DNA of 32,186 nt from Macrostomum lignano (lineage: Eukaryota): the NCBI GenBank assembly GCA_002269645.1, contig NIVC01000191.1, forward strand, positions 40,418 to 72,603, in the 5' to 3' direction. This document shows, one piece after another, positions 22,827-32,186 of the stretch. The first letter of the stretch is position 1; each line of letters starts with the position of its first letter. The position numbers were made by a program, and so were the translations under genes. Below the pieces are notes generated by a model. The model had not been told where the DNA came from. It did not search any database and saw nothing but the letters and a program-made list of their open reading frames with translations.

Positions 22827-22974
22827 GTGAGCGGCTATTCTGTGAACTGCTGGGCTATGGCTGTCTACCTGTGTCTCTGTGCCGCTTCACCTTTGCTCAC
22901 CTCCGCTTATCTATGCCTTGCCTCTCGCATGTGTACCAGCTCTTCCTCACTACCCGCCCTCGCCTCTCCTTCCT

Positions 22975-23403
22975 TGCCCTCTTTCTTCTCTCCCGTCTCT
23001 TTTCTCTCCCCTCCTCTCCCTCACATCTCTCCCCTCTCCTCTCCCGTCACTTTTATCTCCCCTCCTCTCCCTCACATCTCTCCCCTCTCCTCTCCCGTCA
23101 CTTTTATCTCCCCTCCTCTCCCTCACATCTCTCCCCTCTCCTCTCCCGTCACTTTTATCTCCCCTCCTCTCCCTCACATCTCTCCCCTCTCCTCTCCCGT
23201 CACTTTTATCTCCCCTCCTCTCCCTCACATCTCTCCCCTCTCCTCTCCCGTCACTTTTATCTCCCCTCCTCTCCCTCACATCTCTCCCCTCTCCTCTCCC
23301 GTCTCTTTTCTCTCCCCTCCTCTCCCTCACATCTCTCCCCTCTCCTCTCCCCTCTCTTTTCTCTCCCCTCCTCTCCCTCACATCTCTCCCCTCTCCTCTC
23401 CCC
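22975..23403. repeat. 51-bp pyrimidine-rich minisatellite, ~8 copies, intron 8
   Basis: 17-aa periodicity in the ORF track. Confidence 0.93.
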
Positions 23404-23687
23404 TTATAACGCTTACATTTTGTTGTCCCATATGTAGATGTTCTCCATTTCTTTTTGTTTTCTTGTTTTTCTTCAATTAGTTTTCAAACCCAATTCTTTA
23501 TTGAATCTGGCCTTTGTGTCTTTTCGCTTCTCTAAACTGCATTAATTGAGCAAAGATACAGAATTTCTGTAAAATTCTTATTCAGTAAAGTCAGACAACC
23601 AACCCATATAGGAGCTAGATGAAGTTTAGAAGCGAAAACAGGTTGGATCTTTAAAATTCACTTCAAATCCTCCGTACTTTTCTACAG

Positions 23688-23742
23688 TGTCCGAGCAGAC
23701 ATTCGAGGAGTACCACGTGCCAACCACTCTGCTGCCTATTGT
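23688..23742 (+). CDS. SHANK: SHANK exon 9, 55-nt small exon (VSEQTFEEYHVPTTLLPIV)
   Basis: TTTTCTACAG acceptor and GTAAGT donor. It converts phase 1 to phase 2, exactly as needed to join exon 8 to the PDZ exon. Confidence 0.8.
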
Positions 23743-24280
23743 GTAAGTTGACTGCTGCTTTACAGCTTATGCTAATATATTCCTCAAACTACTGTTAGTA
23801 ACTAGTGAAATACAATTTTAACTACATCGACTGTAATAAGTTTTCTAGAAAAGTTTAGAGCTACGTTTATTTATATTCTATCCGTCAAAAATATTTATAA
23901 CAATATTCCTCTGTTACGAATCTACTTGCAGTAGTGAAGACGAGTAAGTAGCTATTAAATTTATTTATCTGCGTATTTATTAACAATCCATCAAATATGC
24001 CCACCTGATTGCTCTACTTACAGTAGTTAAGACTAGTAGTAATTGCAAATTTTTGTCTACTTGCTCTATTCGCCTAAATTAATATCTAAAAGACGATTAA
24101 CTAAGCTACTTACAGTAGTCAAAGCGAGGAGTATTATCATATTCAAGAATTAAATCGTCAAAGATATCTAATCTGATTGCTCTACTTACAGTAGTTTAAG
24201 CCAGTAGTAGTTAGAAAATTTAGGCTCAGAAAATTGAAGGTAATACAAAATAAATTCGATTTACCGGATTACCCTACTAG

Positions 24281-24630
24281 CAGTAGTCAGGACGAGGTGC
24301 AGCACAACAGCCGCACGGTGGTGCTGCAGCGGGGCGGCCGCGGATATGGATTCGTATTGCGCGGCGCCAAAGCCGGGGAGCAGCTCCGCATTGCCGAGTT
24401 CCAGCCAACGCCGGACATTCCTGGATTGCAGTACCTGGACGACATCGAGCCCGGCAGTCCGGCCTGTCGAGCCGGCCTTCGTCGGGGTGACTACATTGTT
24501 GCCATCGGGGACGTTGATGTGCGCAGCGCCAGTCACGAGATGTGCGTTCGCCTCATCAAGGAGGCTGGAGAGACTCTGGCGATGCAGGTGCTCACGGTCA
24601 CGCGTAGGCAGGTGGTCAGACAGGATGCTG
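24281..24630 (+). CDS. SHANK: SHANK exon 10, PDZ domain
   Basis: RTVVLQRGGRGYGFVLRGAKA...FQPTPDIPGLQYLDDIEPGSPACRAGLRRGDYIV...SHEMCVRLIK is a SHANK-type PDZ (GFGFVLRGAKA...FTPTPAFPALQYLE). GTAAGT donor. Confidence 0.96.
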
Positions 24631-24699
24631 GTAAGTTGATGCTGGGATTACCGAAATTTTTTCACCGGACTTTTCTGGATTTAAAAGGTCGCTCACCGA

Positions 24700-25370
24700 A
24701 AATTCAAGATATTTGAGAAGTCGCTCACCGACATTTTTGTGGATTTGAGAAGTTGCTCACCGACATTTTGTGGATTTGAGAACTCGCTCACCGACATTTT
24801 TGGGGATTTGAGAAGTCGCTCACCGACATTTTTGGGGATTTGAGAAATCGCTCACCGACATTTTTGCTGGATTTGAGAAATCGCTCACCGACATTTTTGG
24901 GGATTTAAGAAGTCGCTCACCGACATTTTCAAGAGATTTGAGAATTCGCTCACTGACATTTTTGTGGGATTTGAGAAGTGGTTCACCGACATTTTTGTGG
25001 GATTTGAGAAGTGGTTCACCGACATTTTTGTGGGATTTGAGAAATCGCTCACCGACATATTTGGGGATTTGAGAAGTGGTTCACCGACATTTTTGTGGGA
25101 TTCGAGAAGTGGTTCACCGACATTTTTGCGGGATTTGAGAAGTGGTTCACCGACATATTTGCGGGATTTGAGAAGTGGTTCACCGACATTTTTGTGGGAT
25201 TTGAGAAATCGCTCACCGACATATTTGGGGATTTGAGAAGTGGTTCACCGACATTTTTGTTGGATTTGAGAAGTCGCTTTTGGGAGATTTAGTAAGTCGC
25301 TCATCAACACTTTTGGGAGATTTTGAGATTTGCTCAACGACATTTTTGTGGGATTTAAGAAGTTCTTTTT
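24700..25370. repeat. 32-33-bp minisatellite (GGGATTTGAGAAGTGGTTCACCGACATTTTTGT), intron 10
   Basis: About 20 copies, degenerate at both edges. Confidence 0.93.
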
Positions 25371-26014
25371 GAGACATATTTTAGCTATAAGGCAGGTAAT
25401 CAAACGATTTGAATTTCACCTCTTGGCCTTCATTTTTCTTCCTTTGTAGGCAGGTGCCGCCTAAGGCAAGGACAGATTTTCTGTTCTCAATTGGAAAACC
25501 CATGTTTTTAACTACGATATCTTTTCTGTAAAATTTCTTATTGAGAATAAGTTTATTCCTGCAATATATTTTGAGGTAGATTCGGAGGTACATATTTATA
25601 ACTAGCATTCAGTTTATCGTATCTCCATGTTAGCTCAAACTTATCTCTGTTAATTTGATTTCCTTGGTACAACTTTCGAGGAACTGCTCTATTATAAAAT
25701 ATTTATTTCCGCTTTAAATACCGTCATTTAATTGCAACTCGGTGACTGTCTTTCATCTTTTCCTTGGTGATGGAAATCTAATTACTGAATAGAAATGCAT
25801 AGGTATAAATAGAAATATACCCTAATATATTCTTGCGTTGCTATGGATACAGAATGGATTGCTAATGTATCTACTTTCTAGTTTATATCAGAAATGCTAG
25901 ATATGTGACTCGCAATTAAAGCCGTGAAAAGTCTACACTTTTTTCTCAGCAGTGTGACTTAAATTTAACGTGGTAGCTAAAATTTCCTTTTCTTCCTCGG
26001 GGTTTGCGGCCTTG

Positions 26015-26300
26015 CTTAGCCAATGAGAGAGCAGTAAGGAGAGAGTCCAGAGTCAGTCGGCCGAAACTAGCCTAGAGGGCAGGCCCAATCTAGCTCAGCC
26101 AATAAGAGAGTAGTAAGGAGAGAGGGCAAAGTCGGACGAACAAAACTTCAGCCTAGGGGGGAGCAGGCCCAATCTAGCTCAGCCAATGAGAGAGCAGTAA
26201 GGAGAGAGGGCAAAGTCGGACGAACAAAACTTCAGCCTAGGGGGGGAGCAGGTCCAATCTAGCTCAGCCAATGAGAGAGCAGTAAGGAGAGAGTCAGAGT
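26015..26300. repeat. ~80-85-bp tandem repeat, ~3.5 copies (...CCAATCTAGCTCAGCCAATGAGAGAGCAGTAAGGAGAGA...)
   Basis: AGTAAGGAGAGA recurs at about 26034, 26112, 26198 and 26281. Confidence 0.85.
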
Positions 26301-26800
26301 CAGACACGAGCGGGCAAGAGGAGAGCCTAACTGTTTTGGCTGAGGGCTGGAACGCCACCCGTTTTCTATCTTGCTCGCTATGCACACGCACTGGATTTGG
26401 GTTCTTCAATTTTTCCTGCAAACTTCTGTCGTGCTTTTACTTATTCTTAGATAATAAGGCAAAACGCTTATTTATGCTACTAAAAAGTAGACGAACGCAT
26501 TTTGCGTGTGACATCTAGTTAGTCTATTTTACCGGCAAGAAAAGAAAAGGTTGTACGTTTATTATCTCTTAAGTCTGCTTAATTGGGTTATTTTAAAAAA
26601 AACTGCAGTAAACTCTCAAGCCTGTATTATAATTTTTTTCAAAACACTACACTTTATCTATCTTAGTTGCCTAGCGGTATATTTTTGAAATTTTGTCTGG
26701 GAAATCAATTGGTTTCGGCAGGTTTAATTGATTGCATTGAAGCTCTGTGTCTTAATTTTGGAAAATTGTACACACTCTCTCTCTCTCCATTCACCGACAG

Positions 26801-28176
26801 ACCGTACCGACTATAAGGAGCCGGTTAAGTCCGCGGCAAAGACCAATGGCAGCTGCGCAACCTCCGTTTCGCCAGCCGCTTCTGCAGTGTCAACTTTTTC
26901 TTCTCCTCAGCAGCAGCAGCAACAGCAACAGCAGCAGCAGCAGCAGCAGCAAATCCACCAGCCACCGAAGCGTCCGCCGCCGCCGCCGCCACCTCAAGCC
27001 GCTCCAGCCGTGGCTGCCGCATCTCCGGCTCCAGCCCCGGACATCTATAGCCAATCGGCCGAGTTTGTCCAGGATCATCCGGGCTCCAATCTGCTGTGAC
27101 GCGGCCGGAGACCGCGAAACTGCTGCCGGCGGGCTTGGCCATCCAGGGCCGAGTCAGCGTGCTGGGTGACGGTGGCAGCGGCGGTGAGGTCGATGATCCG
27201 CCAGCAGACTATTCTGACGGCGAGGATCAGGCGGATGATGAAAAAGAGGCGGCCGAGGTCGACGCCGCTCCACCACCGTCGCCGCCGGCCGAATTCTCGT
27301 TTGGCCGGCAAACGACAGCTGAGCGGATGTGACAAAGTGTCGCCGCCGGCAACTTCTGCGGTGGTTGCACCGGCCGCTGCGGCGGCAACGGTGGCAGCTG
27401 TTACCGTCAAGCCAGTCGCTCCTCCGCCTCCGCCTTCGTCTCCGCCCCCGGTTGCTCAGTCGGAGAACCCGAAACCGGATGCGTCACCATCGCAAACCAC
27501 TGAAGAAGAGGCTTTGCAGCAGTCGACTTCGCAGGCATCGCCGACTCAGAGTCGCCCAGCGCCGCCTCCGCCTCCGCCGCCGCCTCCGCAGTCGTCTTCT
27601 CCTTTGTCTCCGGTAGCTGCTGCAGCTGCTGGATCTCCTTCGCCACCGACTATTCAGTCTGCTCCGCCGCCGCCTCCACCGCCGCCGCCTCCGCCACCGC
27701 CGCCGCCTCCGCCAGCGGGTCTGATTCTACCATTGAAGAAATCTTCATCTGGTCCGCAGCAGCAGCAGCAGCAGAAAGCATCGGATTACGAACGCGAGCT
27801 GAAAGCTTTGATTGCTAAGCGCCGAGAACGACTCGAGGCCGGCCTGAATCCAACCGGACATATTGAAGCGCAGCTGGGCCGGCGTAGCGGCGGCGTGATG
27901 GCTCGCATTGAAATTGCTCAATCGGAGCAGCAGCAACAGACACCAACAACCGCCAGTTCCCCTAGGAAGCCGCCTCCGCCGCCGACACTAGCAAAGCCTG
28001 TCGTCCTGTCGCCGCCACAGCCGCCTCCGCAGCAGCAGCAGCAGCAGCTACCCTCCCCGCAAGATTCTTCGACTTCATTTAAAACCCGAGCCGAAGAGCT
28101 TCGTCAAGAGATTCTGAAGCAGAAATCGCGAGGCGGCTCTAGCGCCGGTTCAAACTCGTCAAACTCTGATAATTGA
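26801..28176 (+). CDS. SHANK: SHANK terminal exon, Pro/Gln-rich tail; contains compensating frameshifts as assembled
   Basis: CT-rich acceptor ...GACAG at 26800, phase 1. PPKRPP resembles the SHANK post-PDZ PPKRAP. The PPAEF Homer-type motif is in a shifted frame (27096-27332). PolyP and polyQ tracts; stop TGA at 28174-28176. Confidence 0.75.
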
Positions 28177-28579
28177 TTTATTTTCTTTCTAAACTGAGAG
28201 TAAGAAAGGACCAGACAGGTTAATGCTTTAATTTGACTCTCTTGTCAATGGTGTTTTATATAGCTAAGTCGCAGTGTATTATTGTCAATTCTCGAAAGTT
28301 GGGCTACATATCAATTAGTCGAGTTAAGTTTTTTATATACCTGACAGGCTGTTTTATACTATTATTATTTTTTCAAAGAACAAAAACCGTTTTTCGTTGT
28401 TTTATTGCTTTCTGTGATGCGACGCTTTTTTCTATTTGTTTTTTTTTCCGACCACATTTATATATGCAAAGCGTATTTGTGTTGCACCTCCTTCTTGATT
28501 GTTAGCGCCTGCCTGCGGCATTGATACGAGCTATTTTATTCACGGTCATTAGCTTCTTTTTGTTCAAGTTTGACAGTCT

Positions 28580-29300
28580 ATGGATCCATTGGGCCATAGA
28601 TATAGACAGATTGGGCCATAGATATACACAGATTGGGCCATGGATGTAGACAGATTGGGTCATAGATATAGACAGATTGAGCCATAGATATACACAGATT
28701 GGGCCATGGATGTAGACAGATTGGGTCATAGATACAGACAGATTGGGCCATGGATGTAGACAGATTGGGTCATAGATATAGACAGATTGGGCCATGGATG
28801 TAGACAGATTGGGCCATAGATATACACAGATTGGGCCATAGATATACACAGATTGGGCCATGGATGTAGACAGATTGGGTCATAGATACAGACAGATTGG
28901 GCCATGGATGTAGACAGATTGGGTCATAGATATAGACAGATTGGGCCATGGATGTAGACAGATTGGGCCATAGATATACACAGATTGGGCCATGGGTGTA
29001 GACAGATTGGGCCATAGATATAGACAGATTGGGCCATAGATATACACAGATTGGGCCATAGATATACAGATTGGGCCATAGATATAGACAGATTGGGCCA
29101 TTGATGTAGACAGATCGGGCCATAGATGTAGACAGATTGGGCCATGGATATAGACAGATTGGGCCATAGATATAGAAAGATTGGGCCATAGATAAATACA
29201 GATTGGCCCATAGATATAGGCGGATTGGGCCATGATATACACAGATTGGGCCATACATGTAGATATAGACAAATGGGGCAATAGATATAAGCGCACTGGA
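28580..29300. repeat. 22-bp minisatellite (TTGGGCCATAGATATAGACAGA), ~32 copies
   Basis: A 22-aa period in translation equals 3 units. Confidence 0.95.
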
Positions 29301-30235
29301 CAATAGATGGGCGACAGACGGCACACTAAGCCAAAAAGAGCTCGTATCATTAAAACTCCGACACAAAATGCCGCGGTGAGTTTACAAGGCATTATTGACA
29401 TTAATACGCGCATGTCGAATAATTTATTAGTGACTTTTTAAGCAAATTAAACAATGTAATGAATAAAAATTCTGCCTACTTGTGATTCGTATACGGAGTT
29501 AGTTTTCTTCAGTTCTGTTAGTATTAAGTCTGTGTCAAATATTTGTTATTTATGTACCTCGTTAACATGAACTATTGTATAGTAATTTATTTATTATTAT
29601 CACAATTTTATTTGCAAGGCACGTGAGCGCTAAAGCATATCGACAGCCGATACAGTCATAATAATTCGAAAAGCCACGCATATTATATCGGTTAAATATT
29701 TTATTCGCATGAAAATGATAATCCTACTACTACTACTAGTAGTTCACCTGCGCGCTTTTTTCATCGGTTTGTTGCATTGCATTTTTGCTTGGCTTCATCC
29801 ATCTGTCTTTGCGTCTACCGACTTCTACTAGCTATTGCTTTGCTCGAATTTCTGCGCGAATAAGATTTCCGCACCATTCTTCTTCGATTTCTGTTTTTCT
29901 CTGTTTTCGTACTTAAGATATTATATCACAATAGTAACTGTTTCTCCCGTCGTATTATTTCATAAATAAATAATACGCTCTTTATTCGAGTACGGAACTG
30001 TTAATATACAGTACATAATAAGAATAGTAAGAATGAATACTTTGATACTCTAAGCCCTCTTAAATTTAATTTAATTAGCGAGTGACGCAAACTTCTATTA
30101 AGCTATATATAAGCTGAATATATATATATCAGAGAGATTTTTGCTTACTTGTAGTAAGCAAAAGGTCACGTGACATCACGTGAATGTCCGCCTCACTCTA
30201 AACAAATCTGCTCTTCCGTGGACGCATCTATTGAG

Positions 30236-30308
30236 GGCCGCGTGGCGCAATGGATAACGCGTCTGACTACGGATCAGAAGATTCCAGGTTCGAGTCCTGG
30301 CGTGGTCG
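30236..30308 (+). tRNA. tRNA-Arg-ACG: tRNA-Arg (anticodon ACG)
   Basis: 73 nt. Acceptor stem GGCCGCG/CGTGGTC, A box TGGCGCAATGG, anticodon arm TCTGA-CTACGGA-TCAGA, B box GGTTCGAGTCC. Nearly identical to metazoan tRNA-Arg-ACG. Confidence 0.97.
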
Positions 30309-30315
30309 CTCGAAA

Positions 30316-30320
30316 TTTTT
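30316..30320 (+). terminator. Pol III terminator (T5)
   Basis: TTTTT 8 nt after the tRNA 3' end. Confidence 0.8.
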
Positions 30321-31162
30321 AAAATAAAGTTTTATATAATATAATAATATAAATATATATATTAAATAAATTTAAAGCAAAAATTGTTTCATCCTGATAA
30401 CTTTTCTTTGTCTGATGAAAGAAATATTATAAGTATCCGATATGTATCGAAAAACACTTAAGAGAGCTAATTTGCTAATTGCTTCTGCTCTAGGTAGGGT
30501 TCACAAATTCGATTATTAAGTATTTTTTTCAGATAAAATAACTCTGTCTTAATGCATCGATAAAGAATGGAATATAGAGTGATTTAAATTTATTTTATAC
30601 TACTCATAGTAATACATAAAATTAAATTACGAGAGAAATATTGAAAACTCAAAGTTTATTGACTTTGATTTAGACTTTTCATTTCATTACTTGTCCATTT
30701 TATATTCATTCAATTTTTATGAAGAAAATATTCATATGCAATACTCTTACTTCCGATACTATGTAAGAAAAGTGCCTCCAGAGAGTGCCACACAGTCTTG
30801 AAGAGAATTTGGATGGGTATTAATTTGAAAAAATCCGAAATGCTTTAAAGTAATCGAGATCGCGAATCAATGCTATATAGCAAATCGACTTGGCAATTTG
30901 GATTGGACAACACTGCTGAAAAATAAGCACAAAATGAGATTAAAATAATCGTATATAATTTAAGTGCATGACAAATTTATAAGTGGAATTATTTAATTTT
31001 AAACGCAAGGAATTAGCTTAATGGATCTATGTACAACTACGAGCGTATCAATTATACAGTTTATCACAGGATTAACATTTAAGGGAAATACAGAAAAATA
31101 GCAAAAAACGCTATTCATACTACTTTTCTGATTTGATAAGTAGTATTTTAAGGCGGTTAAAA

Positions 31163-32186
31163 TCACAAATAGTTCACCTCCAAATCGGGCAACAGAGAGC
31201 CGAGGCTTCGAACAAACCGATCGGCATTTCTGGAGCCGGCCAGCAGCAAGTCCAAGTCCCACTCAGAGCCGTCGCCGCCTCGCCGACAGCGCAGTAGCAG
31301 ACGCGCCGGATCGAACGTTCTCAATAAAGCGCCGGCAATGTCGTCTAGAGCTAAACGACGCTGGCAGCGAAACTCCGGCCAGACGGCCGGCCGGTCGCGC
31401 GTGATTGACAGCGGGTACTGGGCGATGTTGTGCCACAGCAGCGCGGCGCAGGAGTCGGTGAGAACCAGCGCCCGAGGCGGATAACTGCCAGCGTCTCCGT
31501 GAGCTTCGTTGTCTGCCTCCCCGCCGCCGACACCAGCATCGTCGCGATCCTCGTCAAGCAAGCCAGCCGTGAACGTCATTAGTAGGCAGCAGCGAGTAGA
31601 ACAGCAGCTCCGAGCAGGCCAGCAGCTGGCGCAGCGGTTCCAGACGCTCTTCGCCTGGCCAATAGTGCACAACCGGCCTGCCGCCCGGGCAGCGGAAACT
31701 GCCGCGTCGCATTGTCGAATAGAAAAGCTTGGACGGATCGTCAGGGTCTTCGCCGGCTGCTTTGTCTTCTTGACCAACGGCCGACTGCTGCTGCTGATCG
31801 ATGCTTCCTCCGTCGCCGCGGCGCAGACACTCAACGATACGCTCGGTGACGGCCAAGTCGCGGGTCAGCAGCGTCAAATCGTCGTGAACAGTTCCGCTGT
31901 CAACAATGAAGCGAAGGCTGGCGCGAATAGACCAACAAGAAACGCGAGTGAAAGTCCGATGTTCGCCGGTCCAGCAGCGACTGCATCATCAGCCAAGGAG
32001 CGCACTTGTAGCTGACTACCGCCCGCAAGCAGGACAGCCTCCGAGGCCAGTTGTACACCCGGCTGGCTGTACCGCACAACTGTACATGCGAATTTATCTA
32101 CGTTCAACGCTTCATCTTCGAACGATATTGGTTCGATCTGCTTCAGTCTTTCCTTGGCTTCCGGATTACTAATTTTACAAGCAACT
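31163..32186 (-). CDS. 3' exon of a Nischarin-like gene (C-terminal region), with frameshifts near 31960 and 31555; continues off the right edge
   Basis: LTLLTRDLAVTERIVECL, VVHYWPGEERLEPL, and ALVLTDSCAALLWHNIAQYPL...FRCQRRLALDDIAGALL resemble, from memory, Nischarin C-terminal segments (TCLTRDSYLTHCFLQHL; FTYPSEEEI; LLLTSSEIFLLDEDCVHYPL). GC-rich exon-like composition; stop at 31163. Confidence 0.55.

Noticed and set aside
25385-25453. Possible 11-nt microexon (AG|CTATAAGGCAG|GTAATC) and nearby acceptor at 25449
   Set aside because: Including it breaks the phase-1 join between the PDZ exon and the PPKRPP-encoding frame, or hits a stop codon.
29368-29660. Tiny gene ATG CCG CG|GTGAGT spliced to an acceptor near 29618
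   Set aside because: It yields only a ~16-aa unrecognised peptide, and the ATG/donor overlaps the putative inverted repeat end.
30236-30308. Local tRNA-Arg as the primer for the LTR element
   Set aside because: Its 3' end would need a PBS of TGGCGACCACG; the observed TGGTGAGCCCGAC fits tRNA-Trp instead.
31509-32172. Plus-strand ORFs of 168 aa and 88 aa
   Set aside because: They are antisense to the better-supported minus-strand Nischarin-like exon.

Overview
Eukaryotic (animal) genomic DNA with GC-rich exons and introns packed with tandem repeats. The style resembles a flatworm such as Macrostomum, but that is inference only. From left to right the window holds: (1) the 5' part of a decayed APE-endonuclease/RT non-LTR retrotransposon on the minus strand (1-~1600); (2) a complete, young Ty3/Gypsy LTR retrotransposon of the CsRn1/Kabuki type on the minus strand (1894-6049), with apparently identical 254-bp LTRs, a GTAT TSD, a tRNA-Trp-like PBS, a CHCC Gag and a GGGAAAC -1 frameshift site, but with coding lesions; (3) an 11-coding-exon SHANK-family gene on the plus strand (7611-28176), encoding an N-terminal ubiquitin-like/SPN domain, ankyrin repeats, PDZ and a Pro/Gln-rich tail, with no SH3 or SAM domain visible; most of its introns hold a different mini/microsatellite, and intron 3 holds probable Helitron-like and hAT-like non-autonomous elements; (4) a tRNA-Arg(ACG) gene; (5) the 3' end of a convergent Nischarin-like gene. 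Small frameshifts recur in every GC-rich coding region and may be assembly errors. No prokaryotic system or CRISPR array is present. I did not find a clearly new biological system; the best leads are the atypical SHANK architecture, the frameshifted Homer-motif segment and the transposon-enclosed or paired satellite arrays.
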